Below are positions 1 to 8,496 of a stretch of DNA of 64,000 nt, piece after piece. Within the stretch, counting starts at the first letter, position 1. Each line of letters begins with the position of its first letter. The stretch is taken from positions 864,001-928,000 of the forward strand of contig CAVUWA010000002.1 in NCBI GenBank assembly GCA_963744995.1. Direction: 5' to 3'. Made by a program: the position numbers and the translations under genes. Origin of the DNA: Candidatus Eiseniibacteriota bacterium. GTDB lineage: Bacteria; Eisenbacteria; RBG-16-71-46. A model generated the notes under the pieces. That model was not told the DNA's origin. It searched no databases and saw only the letters and a list, made by a program, of their open reading frames with translations.

Positions 1-60
1 ATTCGGGAACCTTTCCGCGCGGCGGCCGCGCCGCCAGGTGCGGCGCCACGGCGCCGGACA

Positions 61-363
61 TCACTCGATGAAGTCGAACCGACCGAGCTCGGTCTCCTTG
101 TCGATCATGCGGATACCGCGCGCGCACAGATCGTCGTATGGCTCGGCGGCGATCTTCTTGAATTCGTCGTACATCTTCTGGCTCGTCCAGCGGTCCGCGA
201 CGACGTAGCGCCGCGGATTGCGCTTGTCCTTCATCAGCGTCGTGCTGACGAAGCCCGGGTACTTCCGGAACAGCTCCGGCCAGGGGCCGTCGGGACGGTA
301 GAAGGACTCGAAGTCCTCGATCCGGTCGGGCTTGACCGCGTATTCCCAGACCACGATGAACAT
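61..363 (-). CDS. Antibiotic biosynthesis monooxygenase (ABM)-family protein, 100 aa
   Basis: C-terminal part of ORF 61..1368. ATG at 363 overlaps the E1-beta TGA. MFIVVWEYAVKPDRIEDFE...PGFVSTTL...RYVVADRW fits the ABM pattern. Confidence 0.75.
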   Translation of the reverse strand: MFIVVWEYAVKPDRIEDFESFYRPDGPWPELFRKYPGFVSTTLMKDKRNPRRYVVADRWTSQKMYDEFKKIAAEPYDDLCARGIRMIDKETELGRFDFIE

Positions 364-1337
364 CAGAACGTCATCACGTGCTCGACCGCGCGCATGACGC
401 GCTTCGCGTCCGGCAGATACGTGTGCTCGAGCGTAAACGGAAACGGCGTGTCGTAGCCGGTCACTCGCAGCACCGGCGCCAGCAGCGAGGTGAGCGCCTG
501 CTCGGCGATGAGCGCGGCGAGCTCGGCGCCGTAGCCGCAGGTGCGCGGCGCCTCGTGCACGATCACCGCGCGCCCCGTCTTCTGCACGCTGGCGATCACC
601 GCCGGCGCATCGAGCGGCGAGAGCGAGCGCAGATCGAGCACTTCCACCGACCAGCCCTGCTTCGCGGCCTCCTCCGCGGCCTCGACCGACACCGGCACCA
701 TCGCGCCATACGCGATCACGGTGCAGTCCGTGCCTTCGCGCGCGGTGCGCGCGGTGGCGAGCGGCACCGTGTAGCGGCCCTCGGGGACGTCTTCCTTGAG
801 GGTGCGGTAGAGCCGCTTGGGTTCGAGGAAGATCACCGGATCTTCCGACTCGAGCGACGCGAGCAGCAGCCCCTTGGCGTCGGCCGGCGTGGCCGGAATC
901 ACCACGCGCAGGCCGGCCGTGTGGCAGAAGTACGCCTCCGGGCTCTGCGAGTGGTAGAGCCCGCCGCGGATGCCGCCGCCGTAGGGCGCACGCAGGATCA
1001 TCGGACACGCGTACTGGCCGGCCGAGCGCCACCTCAGCTTGGCCATCTCCGACACGATCTGGTCGAAGGCGGGATAGACGAAGTCGATGAACTGGATCTC
1101 GGCGATCGGACGCATGCCGTAGAGCGCCATGCCGATCGCGCCGCCCACGATGCCGTTCTCGGCGAGCGGCGTGTCGGTGACGCGCGCCTCGCCGAACTCC
1201 GCCTGCAGGCCCTCGGTGACGCGGAACACGCCGCCGTTGAGCCCCACGTCTTCGCCGAGCACGACCACGCGGTCGTCTTCTCTCAGGGCCGTCCGGAGCG
1301 CGTCCTGGATGGCCTGCACCATGGTCATCTGCGGCAT
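363..1337 (-). CDS. 2-oxoacid (pyruvate or branched-chain) dehydrogenase E1 beta subunit
   Basis: Motifs GEDVGLNGGVFRVT, DTPLAE, EIQFIDF, HSQSPE, FLEPKRLY, DLRSLSPLD, VHEAP. RBS GGGAG upstream. Confidence 0.95.
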   Translation of the reverse strand: MPQMTMVQAIQDALRTALREDDRVVVLGEDVGLNGGVFRVTEGLQAEFGEARVTDTPLAENGIVGGAIGMALYGMRPIAEIQFIDFVYPAFDQIVSEMAKLRWRSAGQYACPMILRAPYGGGIRGGLYHSQSPEAYFCHTAGLRVVIPATPADAKGLLLASLESEDPVIFLEPKRLYRTLKEDVPEGRYTVPLATARTAREGTDCTVIAYGAMVPVSVEAAEEAAKQGWSVEVLDLRSLSPLDAPAVIASVQKTGRAVIVHEAPRTCGYGAELAALIAEQALTSLLAPVLRVTGYDTPFPFTLEHTYLPDAKRVMRAVEHVMTF

Positions 1338-1507
1338 GGGGATTCTCCCGTGAGGATCGAGCGACCACGCAGGTTAGCGGAGGGGGCGGAGTGCGGCAAC
1401 CGGCGGAAGTGGCGCGGGTTGGAGGCCCGTGGCGAGACGGGGGCCGCCGGTGTGCCCTTCAGGCCGCCCCGCGCATTCAAAGGGTGGAGACGGGGGCAGG
1501 GCGCAAG

Positions 1508-1543
1508 TTAGCCTTGCCAAAATTCGGACTTAGACTAGACTAA
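1508..1543 (+). promoter_or_regulatory. Sigma70-type promoter overlapped by tandem DtxR/MntR-type operators
   Basis: TTAG-ACTAGA-CTAA at 1530-1543 and degenerate TTAG-CCTTGC-CAAA at 1508-1521. TTGCCA (1514-1519) and TAGACT (1536-1541) are 16 bp apart. AT-rich patch upstream of an mntR-mntH operon. Confidence 0.7.
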
Positions 1544-1566
1544 TTCGATCGTCAGGGGAGGGCGAT

Positions 1567-1817
1567 ATGCGCATGTCCCACATGGTCTGTTGCGGCGGGG
1601 TCGTCTGCTCGTGTTCGGCTGCAACATGTCCGATGCATTCGTCGAATTTGCCGGCGAACGCATCGTCACTTCGCCGGCCTTCTGGGTCACGGTGATCGAC
1701 ATGGGCACGGCGAGGCGGCCGTTTCGAAACCTGCAGTTCGACGGAGCGGTCGGATTCGGCGTTTCGGATGCGGCTACCGACCGGACCTTCACCCTGGGTG
1801 TCACCGCGAGGCTTTGA
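1567..1817 (+). pseudogene. Remnant of an outer-membrane beta-barrel 'transporter' (MetA-pathway/phenol degradation-like) gene
   Basis: RBS GGGGAGGG and ATG at 1567 open a frame that stops at 1695. A second frame (1590-1817) encodes AFVEF...NLQFDGAVGFGVSDAATDRTFTLGVTARL, which resembles the last barrel strands of this family. Its stop overlaps the mntR TTG. Confidence 0.55.
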
Positions 1818-2503
1818 GCTTGCACCTCAGCCGTTCCAGACAGGACTACGTGAAAGCGCTCTATGCGCTCGACGTCGGGAAAGGGCCGGTGTCGACGTCC
1901 GAGCTGGCCGCGCACCTCGGCGTCTCGGCGCCTTCGGTGACGGTCATGCTGCGCCGCCTCGCGGCCGAGCGGCTGGTGCGGCACGTGCCGCGGGCGGGGG
2001 CGCGTCTGACCGCGCAGGGACGCCGCGAGGCGCTCGATCTGGTGCGGCGGCACCGCATCCTCGAAACGTTCCTGGTCCAGATACTGAAGCTCGACTGGTC
2101 CGAGGTTCACGACGACGCCGAGATCCTCGAGCACCACATCAGCGACCGCGTGCTCGATGCCATCGACCGGCTCGTCGGCCATCCGGCGGAAGATCCGCAC
2201 GGGCATCCGATTCCCGACCGCGAGGGCCGCATCGCACGCCGTACGCTGGTGCCGCTTGCAGCGCTCGAGTCCGGTGAACGCGCCACCGTGCGCGAGATCC
2301 GTGACGAGAACGTGCGGCGCATGGCGCACTGGAAGGAAGTCGGACTCGTTCCCGGCGCGTCGGTATGGATGCGCGACGTGCGCGAGGTCGACGACGTCTT
2401 TCAGATCGAGGTCGGCGGCCGCGCGCTGTCGACGGGGAGCGAGGGACTCGAAGGCGTGATGGTGGAGCCGGAAGAAAGGCGAACGCATGCCGAAGCACCA
2501 TGA
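1814..2503 (+). CDS. mntR: DtxR/MntR-family metal-dependent repressor with C-terminal FeoA domain
   Basis: QDYVKALY, HTH (LAAHLGVSAPSVTVML), RRHRILETFL, EVHDDAEILEHHIS, DPHGHPIP. FeoA-like tail. TTG start. Confidence 0.92.
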   Translation: MSLHLSRSRQDYVKALYALDVGKGPVSTSELAAHLGVSAPSVTVMLRRLAAERLVRHVPRAGARLTAQGRREALDLVRRHRILETFLVQILKLDWSEVHDDAEILEHHISDRVLDAIDRLVGHPAEDPHGHPIPDREGRIARRTLVPLAALESGERATVREIRDENVRRMAHWKEVGLVPGASVWMRDVREVDDVFQIEVGGRALSTGSEGLEGVMVEPEERRTHAEAP

Positions 2504-4478
2504 GGCGCGCTCCCTCTCCGAGGTGCATCGCACCGTTCACCTGCCGAAGGCCGGCAGCTGGATCCGGCGCCTGTTCGCGTTCGCGGGGCCCGCCTATCTG
2601 GTGAGCGTCGGGTACATGGATCCGGGCAACTGGGCCACCGATCTCGCCGGCGGCTCGCGCTTCGGCTACCAGCTGATCTGGGTCCTGCTGATGAGCAACC
2701 TGATGGCGGTGCTGCTGCAGACGCTGGCGGCGCGCCTCGGCGTCGTGACCGGCAAGGACCTCGCCCAGGCGTGCCGCGACTACTATCCGTCCGCGCTCGC
2801 CATTCCGCTGTGGCTGGTGTGCGAGGTCGCCATCGTCGCGTGCGATCTCGCCGAGGTGCTGGGCGCCGCGATCGGCCTGCATCTGCTGTTCGGCATTCCG
2901 CTCCTCGTCGGGGTGCTGATCACCGCGCTGGACGTACTGATTCTGCTCGCCCTTTCGCGGCTCGGCATGCGGCGCATGGAAGCGTTCATCGTCTCATTGA
3001 TCGCCACGATGGGGATCTGCTTCGCGATCGAGATGGTGCTGTCGCGCCCGGATCTCGCAGCGATCTTCGCGCACCTCATCCCGCGCGGCGCCGACGGCGC
3101 GATCAGCCTGTTCGCGCGCGGCGACGGCGGCGTGTCGGTGCTCGGACTCCGCGGCGAGTCCCTCTACATCGCGATCGGAATCCTCGGCGCGACGGTGATG
3201 CCCCACAATCTCTATCTGCACAGCTCGCTCGTACAGAGCCGTGCCGTCGAGCACTCGGTGGAGGGCAAGCGCGAGGCGTGCCGCATGAACCTCGTCGACT
3301 CGGCCGTCGCGCTCAACGCCGCGTTCTTCGTGAACGCCGCGATCCTGGTGCTCGCCGCTGCGGTGTTCCATACCAGCGGCCATCAGGACGTCGCCCGCAT
3401 CGAGGACGCGCACGAGCTGCTCGCGCCGCTGCTCGGCACCTCGGTGGCATCGGTGTTGTTCGCCGTGGCGCTGCTCGCCTCCGGGCAGTCGAGCACGATC
3501 ACCGGCACGCTCGCCGGGCAGATCGTCATGGAAGGTTTCCTGCGCGTGCGCATCCGCCCGTGGCTGCGGAGGCTGATCAGCCGCGGCCTCGCGATCGTGC
3601 CGGCGGTCGCGTTCATCGCCTGGAAGGGCACCCACGCGGTGGACGAGCTGCTGGTGCTGTCGCAGGTCGTGCTGAGCCTGCAACTCTCGTTCGCCGTGAT
3701 TCCGCTCGTCACGTTCACGTCCGATCGCCGGAAGATGGGCGAGTTCGCAAGCCCGATGTGGGTGCTCGCGCTGGCCGTGGTCGTCACCACGATCATCGTC
3801 GGCCTCAACGTTCATCTCGTGATCCAGGAAATGAGCGGCTGGTTCGCGAACGCGGGGCCGAACGCCGTGTGGCTGTGGGTGCTGGTGGTCCCGCCGGTGG
3901 TCTACCTGTTCGGCGTGCTCCTCTACCTGCTCGGCGCACCGCTGCTGGGCATCCTCAGGCGCGTCGGGCAACCGGAGCCGGTCGCGCCGGAGCCGGCCGC
4001 CGTGGCCGCCGCCATGGCGGGCACGGTGGTGCGTCCGGCCGAGGGCGACGCGACCCGGACCATCGCCGTCGCGCTCGAGCTCGGACCGGCGGATGAACCC
4101 GTGCTCGCGCGCGTGCGGAGCACCGAGCTCACGACGCGCACGCGCCTCGTGCTCATGCACGTCGTCGAGAGCGCCGCGGGCCGCTACCTCGGCGCCGAGA
4201 GTTCGGACCTCGAAGCGCGCGAGGACCGCGAACGGATGGAGGCGATCGCGGCGCCGTTCCGCGCGGCGGGCATTCCGACCGGCGTGCAGCTCGGCTACGG
4301 CGATCCGGCCGCCGAGCTGGCCCGGCTCGTGAATCAGGAGAACGCCGACATGGTGATCGCCGGCTCGCACGGCCACGGTCCGATCGGCGACATGCTGTAC
4401 GGCGCGACGACTTCGGCGCTGCGCCACCGCGTGCGGGTGCCCGTGCTCACCGTGCCGCAGGAGGAACCGCAGGGCTGA
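2487..4478 (+). CDS. mntH: Nramp divalent metal (Mn2+) transporter fused to a C-terminal universal stress protein domain
   Basis: YMDPGNW and VMPHNLYLHS Nramp motifs with many TM segments. C-terminal HVVE...GYGDPA...IAGSHGH...YGATTS...VPVLTV fits USP. Confidence 0.93.
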   Translation: MPKHHEARSLSEVHRTVHLPKAGSWIRRLFAFAGPAYLVSVGYMDPGNWATDLAGGSRFGYQLIWVLLMSNLMAVLLQTLAARLGVVTGKDLAQACRDYYPSALAIPLWLVCEVAIVACDLAEVLGAAIGLHLLFGIPLLVGVLITALDVLILLALSRLGMRRMEAFIVSLIATMGICFAIEMVLSRPDLAAIFAHLIPRGADGAISLFARGDGGVSVLGLRGESLYIAIGILGATVMPHNLYLHSSLVQSRAVEHSVEGKREACRMNLVDSAVALNAAFFVNAAILVLAAAVFHTSGHQDVARIEDAHELLAPLLGTSVASVLFAVALLASGQSSTITGTLAGQIVMEGFLRVRIRPWLRRLISRGLAIVPAVAFIAWKGTHAVDELLVLSQVVLSLQLSFAVIPLVTFTSDRRKMGEFASPMWVLALAVVVTTIIVGLNVHLVIQEMSGWFANAGPNAVWLWVLVVPPVVYLFGVLLYLLGAPLLGILRRVGQPEPVAPEPAAVAAAMAGTVVRPAEGDATRTIAVALELGPADEPVLARVRSTELTTRTRLVLMHVVESAAGRYLGAESSDLEAREDRERMEAIAAPFRAAGIPTGVQLGYGDPAAELARLVNQENADMVIAGSHGHGPIGDMLYGATTSALRHRVRVPVLTVPQEEPQG

Positions 4479-4696
4479 GGTCAGCGCCGGGGCGCGGGCG
4501 ACCGGCGGGCTCCGGTTCGGCCCCGTTCGGCTGCGACCCGGCGACGGGCCCGGGCGGGCCGCGCCCCGAAGCCGTTGCCGTGCTGCCTGTTGGGCCCGTG
4601 GGCAAGCGCAGGGAAGGCGCATCGGTGGCGCACGGCGGTCCGTTTGGCGAAGCGGGCGGGCCCGACTATGATGCGCCGGTCCATGAATCCCGCCGC

Positions 4697-5212
4697 ATGC
4701 CATCGACTCCCGGAATCCACCGCGACGTGACCGATCGTCTCCTGCACGGCTGCCTCGACGCGTCCGTGGCCGATGTCGTCGACGCGGGCATCGAGCTTCT
4801 CCCGGATTTCGAGCTCGCCGCCATTCCGGTCCTCGACAACGCCGAGCGGCCGGGCGAATGGCCGCTCGTGCGCCGCCGCCTGCGCGCCGAGGGCATCCGC
4901 GCCTCGATCCACCGCGGCGTGCTGCTGCTCGAGCCCGGCGAGCTCGACCAGTTCGCCTCCGTAGGCCTGTTCGGCGGCTCGGACGAGCTCTACTTCTGCT
5001 CCGACTGGAACGACGAGTTCGAGAGCTTCCCCGGACGCATCACCAGCGACGTCCAGAACTTCGAGGAAGGCACACCGCTCGGTCTCGAAGAGTGGATGAT
5101 CGACACCGGCTGCCTGCTGGCGCTCGGCGACGGCGCCGGACTCAACTACGCCACGCTCGACACCATCATCGCGGAGCGGCTGCGCGCCAGGTTCCGCCCG
5201 ATCCGGCGCTGA
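4697..5212 (+). CDS. Hypothetical acidic protein, about 171 aa (start uncertain)
   Basis: Coding-like GC3 bias and globular composition. Fills the gap before the hydrolase. No motif recognised. Confidence 0.7.
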   Translation: MPSTPGIHRDVTDRLLHGCLDASVADVVDAGIELLPDFELAAIPVLDNAERPGEWPLVRRRLRAEGIRASIHRGVLLLEPGELDQFASVGLFGGSDELYFCSDWNDEFESFPGRITSDVQNFEEGTPLGLEEWMIDTGCLLALGDGAGLNYATLDTIIAERLRARFRPIRR

Positions 5213-5219
5213 CCCCCGC

Positions 5220-5885
5220 ATGAGCGAAGCATCCGCTTCGCGCCTCACCCGCGTGGATCTCGCGGGCCCCGCGGGCACGCTCGAGGCCATCCTTTCCGAA
5301 CACCGTGGCGATCCGCCGGCGTTCGTTGCGGTCGTCTGCCACCCGCATCCGCTCTACGGCGGCACGATGCACAACAAGGTCGTGCATCGGGTCGCGTCGG
5401 TCCTGCATCAGCTCGGCGCTTCGGTGCTGCGGTTCAACTTCCGCGGCGCCGGGCACAGCGAGGGCGTGCACGATCAGGGCATCGGCGAACTCGAGGATGC
5501 GCGCGCCGCGCTCGCCTGGATGCGTGACCGCTATCCGGGCACGCGCCGCTGGCTCGCCGGCTTTTCGTTCGGCTCGTGGGTGGCGGCGCGGCTCGCCGCG
5601 GGCGAGGCCGACGTCGAGCAGCTGATCCTGATCGCGCCGCCGGTGACGCGCTCCGGATTCCAGGTGCTGAAGTCCTCGACGGTGCCGAAGCTCGTCGTAC
5701 AGGGCACCGCCGACGACGTGTGCCCGCTCGAGGCGCTGGAGACGCAGTTCCCCTCGTGGTCCGAACCCAAACGGCTGATCACGATCGAGGCCGCGGGCCA
5801 CTTCTTCGACCGGCAACTGACGCCGCTCGGCGAGGCGCTGCTGGGCGCGCTCGGCGACGTGGCCCGCGGCGGCCCCCGCGGCTGA
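5220..5885 (+). CDS. Alpha/beta-fold hydrolase
   Basis: CHPHPLYGGTMHNKVV, RFNFRGAGHSEG, GFSFG nucleophile elbow, QGTADD, AGHFF. Confidence 0.92.
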   Translation: MSEASASRLTRVDLAGPAGTLEAILSEHRGDPPAFVAVVCHPHPLYGGTMHNKVVHRVASVLHQLGASVLRFNFRGAGHSEGVHDQGIGELEDARAALAWMRDRYPGTRRWLAGFSFGSWVAARLAAGEADVEQLILIAPPVTRSGFQVLKSSTVPKLVVQGTADDVCPLEALETQFPSWSEPKRLITIEAAGHFFDRQLTPLGEALLGALGDVARGGPRG

Positions 5886-5989
5886 CGCGCCTCGCGCGAG
5901 CAGGATCGGCGCTTCACGGCGGGTGCGCCCCGCCGGGTCCGCACGGCGCCGCGCCGCGTTCGCGAGGTTCCGCAGCGATGCGCCCCGGA

Positions 5990-6913
5990 TCAGCCGGGCG
6001 CGCGCAGCCCGGCACCCTCGGTCTGCGTGCCGCGTTCCTCCTCGTGGCCCGGCTCCACGTGGACGACGACGTCGCTCACGTCGGGCCAGCGGCGGCGCAG
6101 GCGCTGCTCGACCCGATGTCCGATCGCATGCGCTTCTGCGATTTCCATGTGAGGGTCCACCAGCACGTGCAGGTCGATGTGGATGTCGTCCTCCGCACCA
6201 CGCGAGCGGACGTTGTGGGCTTCGAAGACGCCCGGCTCGGCCACGGCCTCGGCTTCGATCTCGCCGGGCGGGATGCGCCGCTCGTCGGCGAGCGTCGCGA
6301 AGGTGCTGCGCAGGATGCCGGCCGCGGCACGCAGGATGAACACGATCACCACCGCGGCGGCGATGCCGTCCGCCCAGCCGATGTTCCAGCGCGCGGCGAG
6401 GAAGCTCACCAGCACCACCAGGCTGACCAGCACGTCGCTGGCGGTGTGCGCGGCGTCGGAGCGCAGGATCTCGCTTCTCAGCCGCTTGCCCTCGCGGCGC
6501 TCCAGCCAGACCACGAACAGATTGATGCTGATCGTGACGCCGAGGATCCAGAAACCGGCCGGGGTGATGTCGGGAAGGTGTGGATGGAACAGCCGCAGCG
6601 CGGCGCTGCGGCCGATCTCCCAGCATGCGATCATCAGCAGCATGACGATGCCGAGTGCGGCGAACGTTTCGTACTTGCGGTGGCCGTAGGGATGATCCGC
6701 ATCCGGCGGCCGGTGGGCGAGCGCGATGCCGACGAGCGCGATGACGTTCGACGAGCCGTCCAGCGCGGAGTGAACGCCGTCCGCACTCATGGCGAGCGCT
6801 CCGGAGATCTGCCCGTAGGCGACCTTTGCGGCAGCCACCAACAGGTTGAGCGCGAGCACGCCCCACAGGACGCGTACGATTTCGCGCCGGCGAACGACGG
6901 CCCGTTCGTTCAC
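5990..6913 (-). CDS. Cation diffusion facilitator (CDF) family transporter
   Basis: ADGVHSALD, PPDADHPYGHRKYE, DAAHTASD, C-terminal DLHVLVD/VVVHVEP. GTG at 6913 follows GGGAGGG. Confidence 0.92.
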   Translation of the reverse strand: MNERAVVRRREIVRVLWGVLALNLLVAAAKVAYGQISGALAMSADGVHSALDGSSNVIALVGIALAHRPPDADHPYGHRKYETFAALGIVMLLMIACWEIGRSAALRLFHPHLPDITPAGFWILGVTISINLFVVWLERREGKRLRSEILRSDAAHTASDVLVSLVVLVSFLAARWNIGWADGIAAAVVIVFILRAAAGILRSTFATLADERRIPPGEIEAEAVAEPGVFEAHNVRSRGAEDDIHIDLHVLVDPHMEIAEAHAIGHRVEQRLRRRWPDVSDVVVHVEPGHEEERGTQTEGAGLRAPG

Positions 6914-6935
6914 GATGTCCCTCCCCGCATCGCCC

Positions 6936-8387
6936 TCATGGATGGAACCGTACGTCCTCATGAGCGGCTTTGCACGGCGGCGCGGTGGGGACGGGTCCCC
7001 CTGCGGCGCAGTCGGGCAGACGTTCGTACTCGTCGCGCCTGAGCCAGACCACGGGCCGGCCCGTGGTCCAGGCGGTGAAGTCCGGCCTGTCCGAGAACAT
7101 CGGACCTGCCGCCGTCCCGGCGTGCATGCGCACGAGCGCAGCACGCTCCTCGGCGAGCGCGGCCCGCGCGGGGCCCGCTTCCCTGGCGGCCGTCCGCCAT
7201 GCCGCGGCCGCCGAAGGGAGCGCCAGCAGCGCCAGCAGCGCGATCCAGACCCGTGGCTCGGGCACCGGACGTGGCAGGCGCGCCGCGAGCCAGGCGGCCC
7301 CGGCGGCGGCCGCCACCGACCAGAGCGGCAGGAACGATGCGAGATAGCGCGCGTCGGCCACGGTGAGGATCATCACCGCGATCGGAATCAGCGCCGCGAC
7401 CCCCGTCCACAGCGCCACGCGCGCGAGCCGCCGGTCGCGCAGCGCCACCAGTCCACCGAGCAGCGCCAGCACGCCGGTGGCCGCGGTCGGTGCGGACAGG
7501 ACCCGCTTCATGGCGCGCGGGAACGTCGCCGCCCACTTGGACGGCAGCTCCGGCAGCGCGTTCCACAGCGTCGCCGGCCATGCGTCGGGCGGGATGCGGA
7601 AGTCGCGCAGCACCGTGAGATCCGGGTACGCGCCGTGGTAGCCGATGACCAGGTAGGAAGACAGGTTGAAGAATGGCGACCCGACCGCCAGGGCGTGGTG
7701 GATCCACCAGGGCAGCGCCACCAGCGCGAACGCGGCGAGCGCGCGCCACGCGGCGCGTCCCGTCGCCGCGGCGAGCAGGGGCGCGAGCAGCAGGAATTCC
7801 GGACGTGCCAGGTAGCCGAGCCCCAGCAGCACGCCGGCGAGCGGTGCCGTCACCGCGCGCGGTGCGCCCGGCCGTGGTGCGATCAGAAGCGCCATCGCCG
7901 CGAACAGCACGGCGCCCGCCGAGAGCGCGATGTCGTGGTGCACCGCCTCGAGCGTGACGGGGGAGACCGTGTAGAGCAGCGCCGCCGCCACGCCGGCCGC
8001 GGGGTTCAGCAGCCGGCTCCCGAGCCGGAACGTGAGGGTCGCGGCCAGGACGGCGAAGGCCGCGCTCAGCCATGCCGCGTGATCCGGGAATGCCGTGCCG
8101 AACAGGGCGATCGCACCCGCGAAGATCCCGGGAAGCAACGGACCGTGGATGAGCAGGGGGACCCGGAACGCCTGATCGGCGAGACTCCAGAGCGGCGGAT
8201 GCAGGACCGTGGTGACGAAGCCGTCGCCGGCCAGCAGGTGGCGCGCCGCGACCGCGTACTCCCATGTATCGTCGAGCAGATTCGGGACACCGAGGCGAAA
8301 CAGGCCGAGGTCCGCACACCAGAACGCGGCGGCGGCCGCGGCCACGGCGATCCACCAGCGGCGCTGGAGCGGGGCGGAGGCTTGCAT
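6936..8387 (-). CDS. ArnT/PMT-like (GT-C fold) membrane glycosyltransferase
   Basis: N-terminal TM followed by DDTWEY acidic loop, HGPLLP, GLGYLARPE, ARYLASFLP. About 11 TM helices. Confidence 0.7.
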   Translation of the reverse strand: MQASAPLQRRWWIAVAAAAAAFWCADLGLFRLGVPNLLDDTWEYAVAARHLLAGDGFVTTVLHPPLWSLADQAFRVPLLIHGPLLPGIFAGAIALFGTAFPDHAAWLSAAFAVLAATLTFRLGSRLLNPAAGVAAALLYTVSPVTLEAVHHDIALSAGAVLFAAMALLIAPRPGAPRAVTAPLAGVLLGLGYLARPEFLLLAPLLAAATGRAAWRALAAFALVALPWWIHHALAVGSPFFNLSSYLVIGYHGAYPDLTVLRDFRIPPDAWPATLWNALPELPSKWAATFPRAMKRVLSAPTAATGVLALLGGLVALRDRRLARVALWTGVAALIPIAVMILTVADARYLASFLPLWSVAAAAGAAWLAARLPRPVPEPRVWIALLALLALPSAAAAWRTAAREAGPARAALAEERAALVRMHAGTAAGPMFSDRPDFTAWTTGRPVVWLRRDEYERLPDCAAGGPVPTAPPCKAAHEDVRFHP

Positions 8388-8496
8388 CGGAGGGGGACTT
8401 TTTCACGCGCTCCTGCAGCGGTCAAACGGCCGCGGTTCCCAGTCCGTGAAAGCGGCTGTTATAGTCTCGCGTCCTCTTTCGAAGTGGGAGCCGCGG

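Noticed and set aside
4479..4696. GC-rich intergenic hairpins here and at 5886-5989, 41672-41862 and 42550-42628 as ncRNAs, riboswitches or REP repeats
   Set aside because: I saw no recognisable conserved RNA motif (including yybP-ykoY or Moco riboswitch), no shared repeat unit and no U-tract. A covariance-model search would be needed to exclude them fully.
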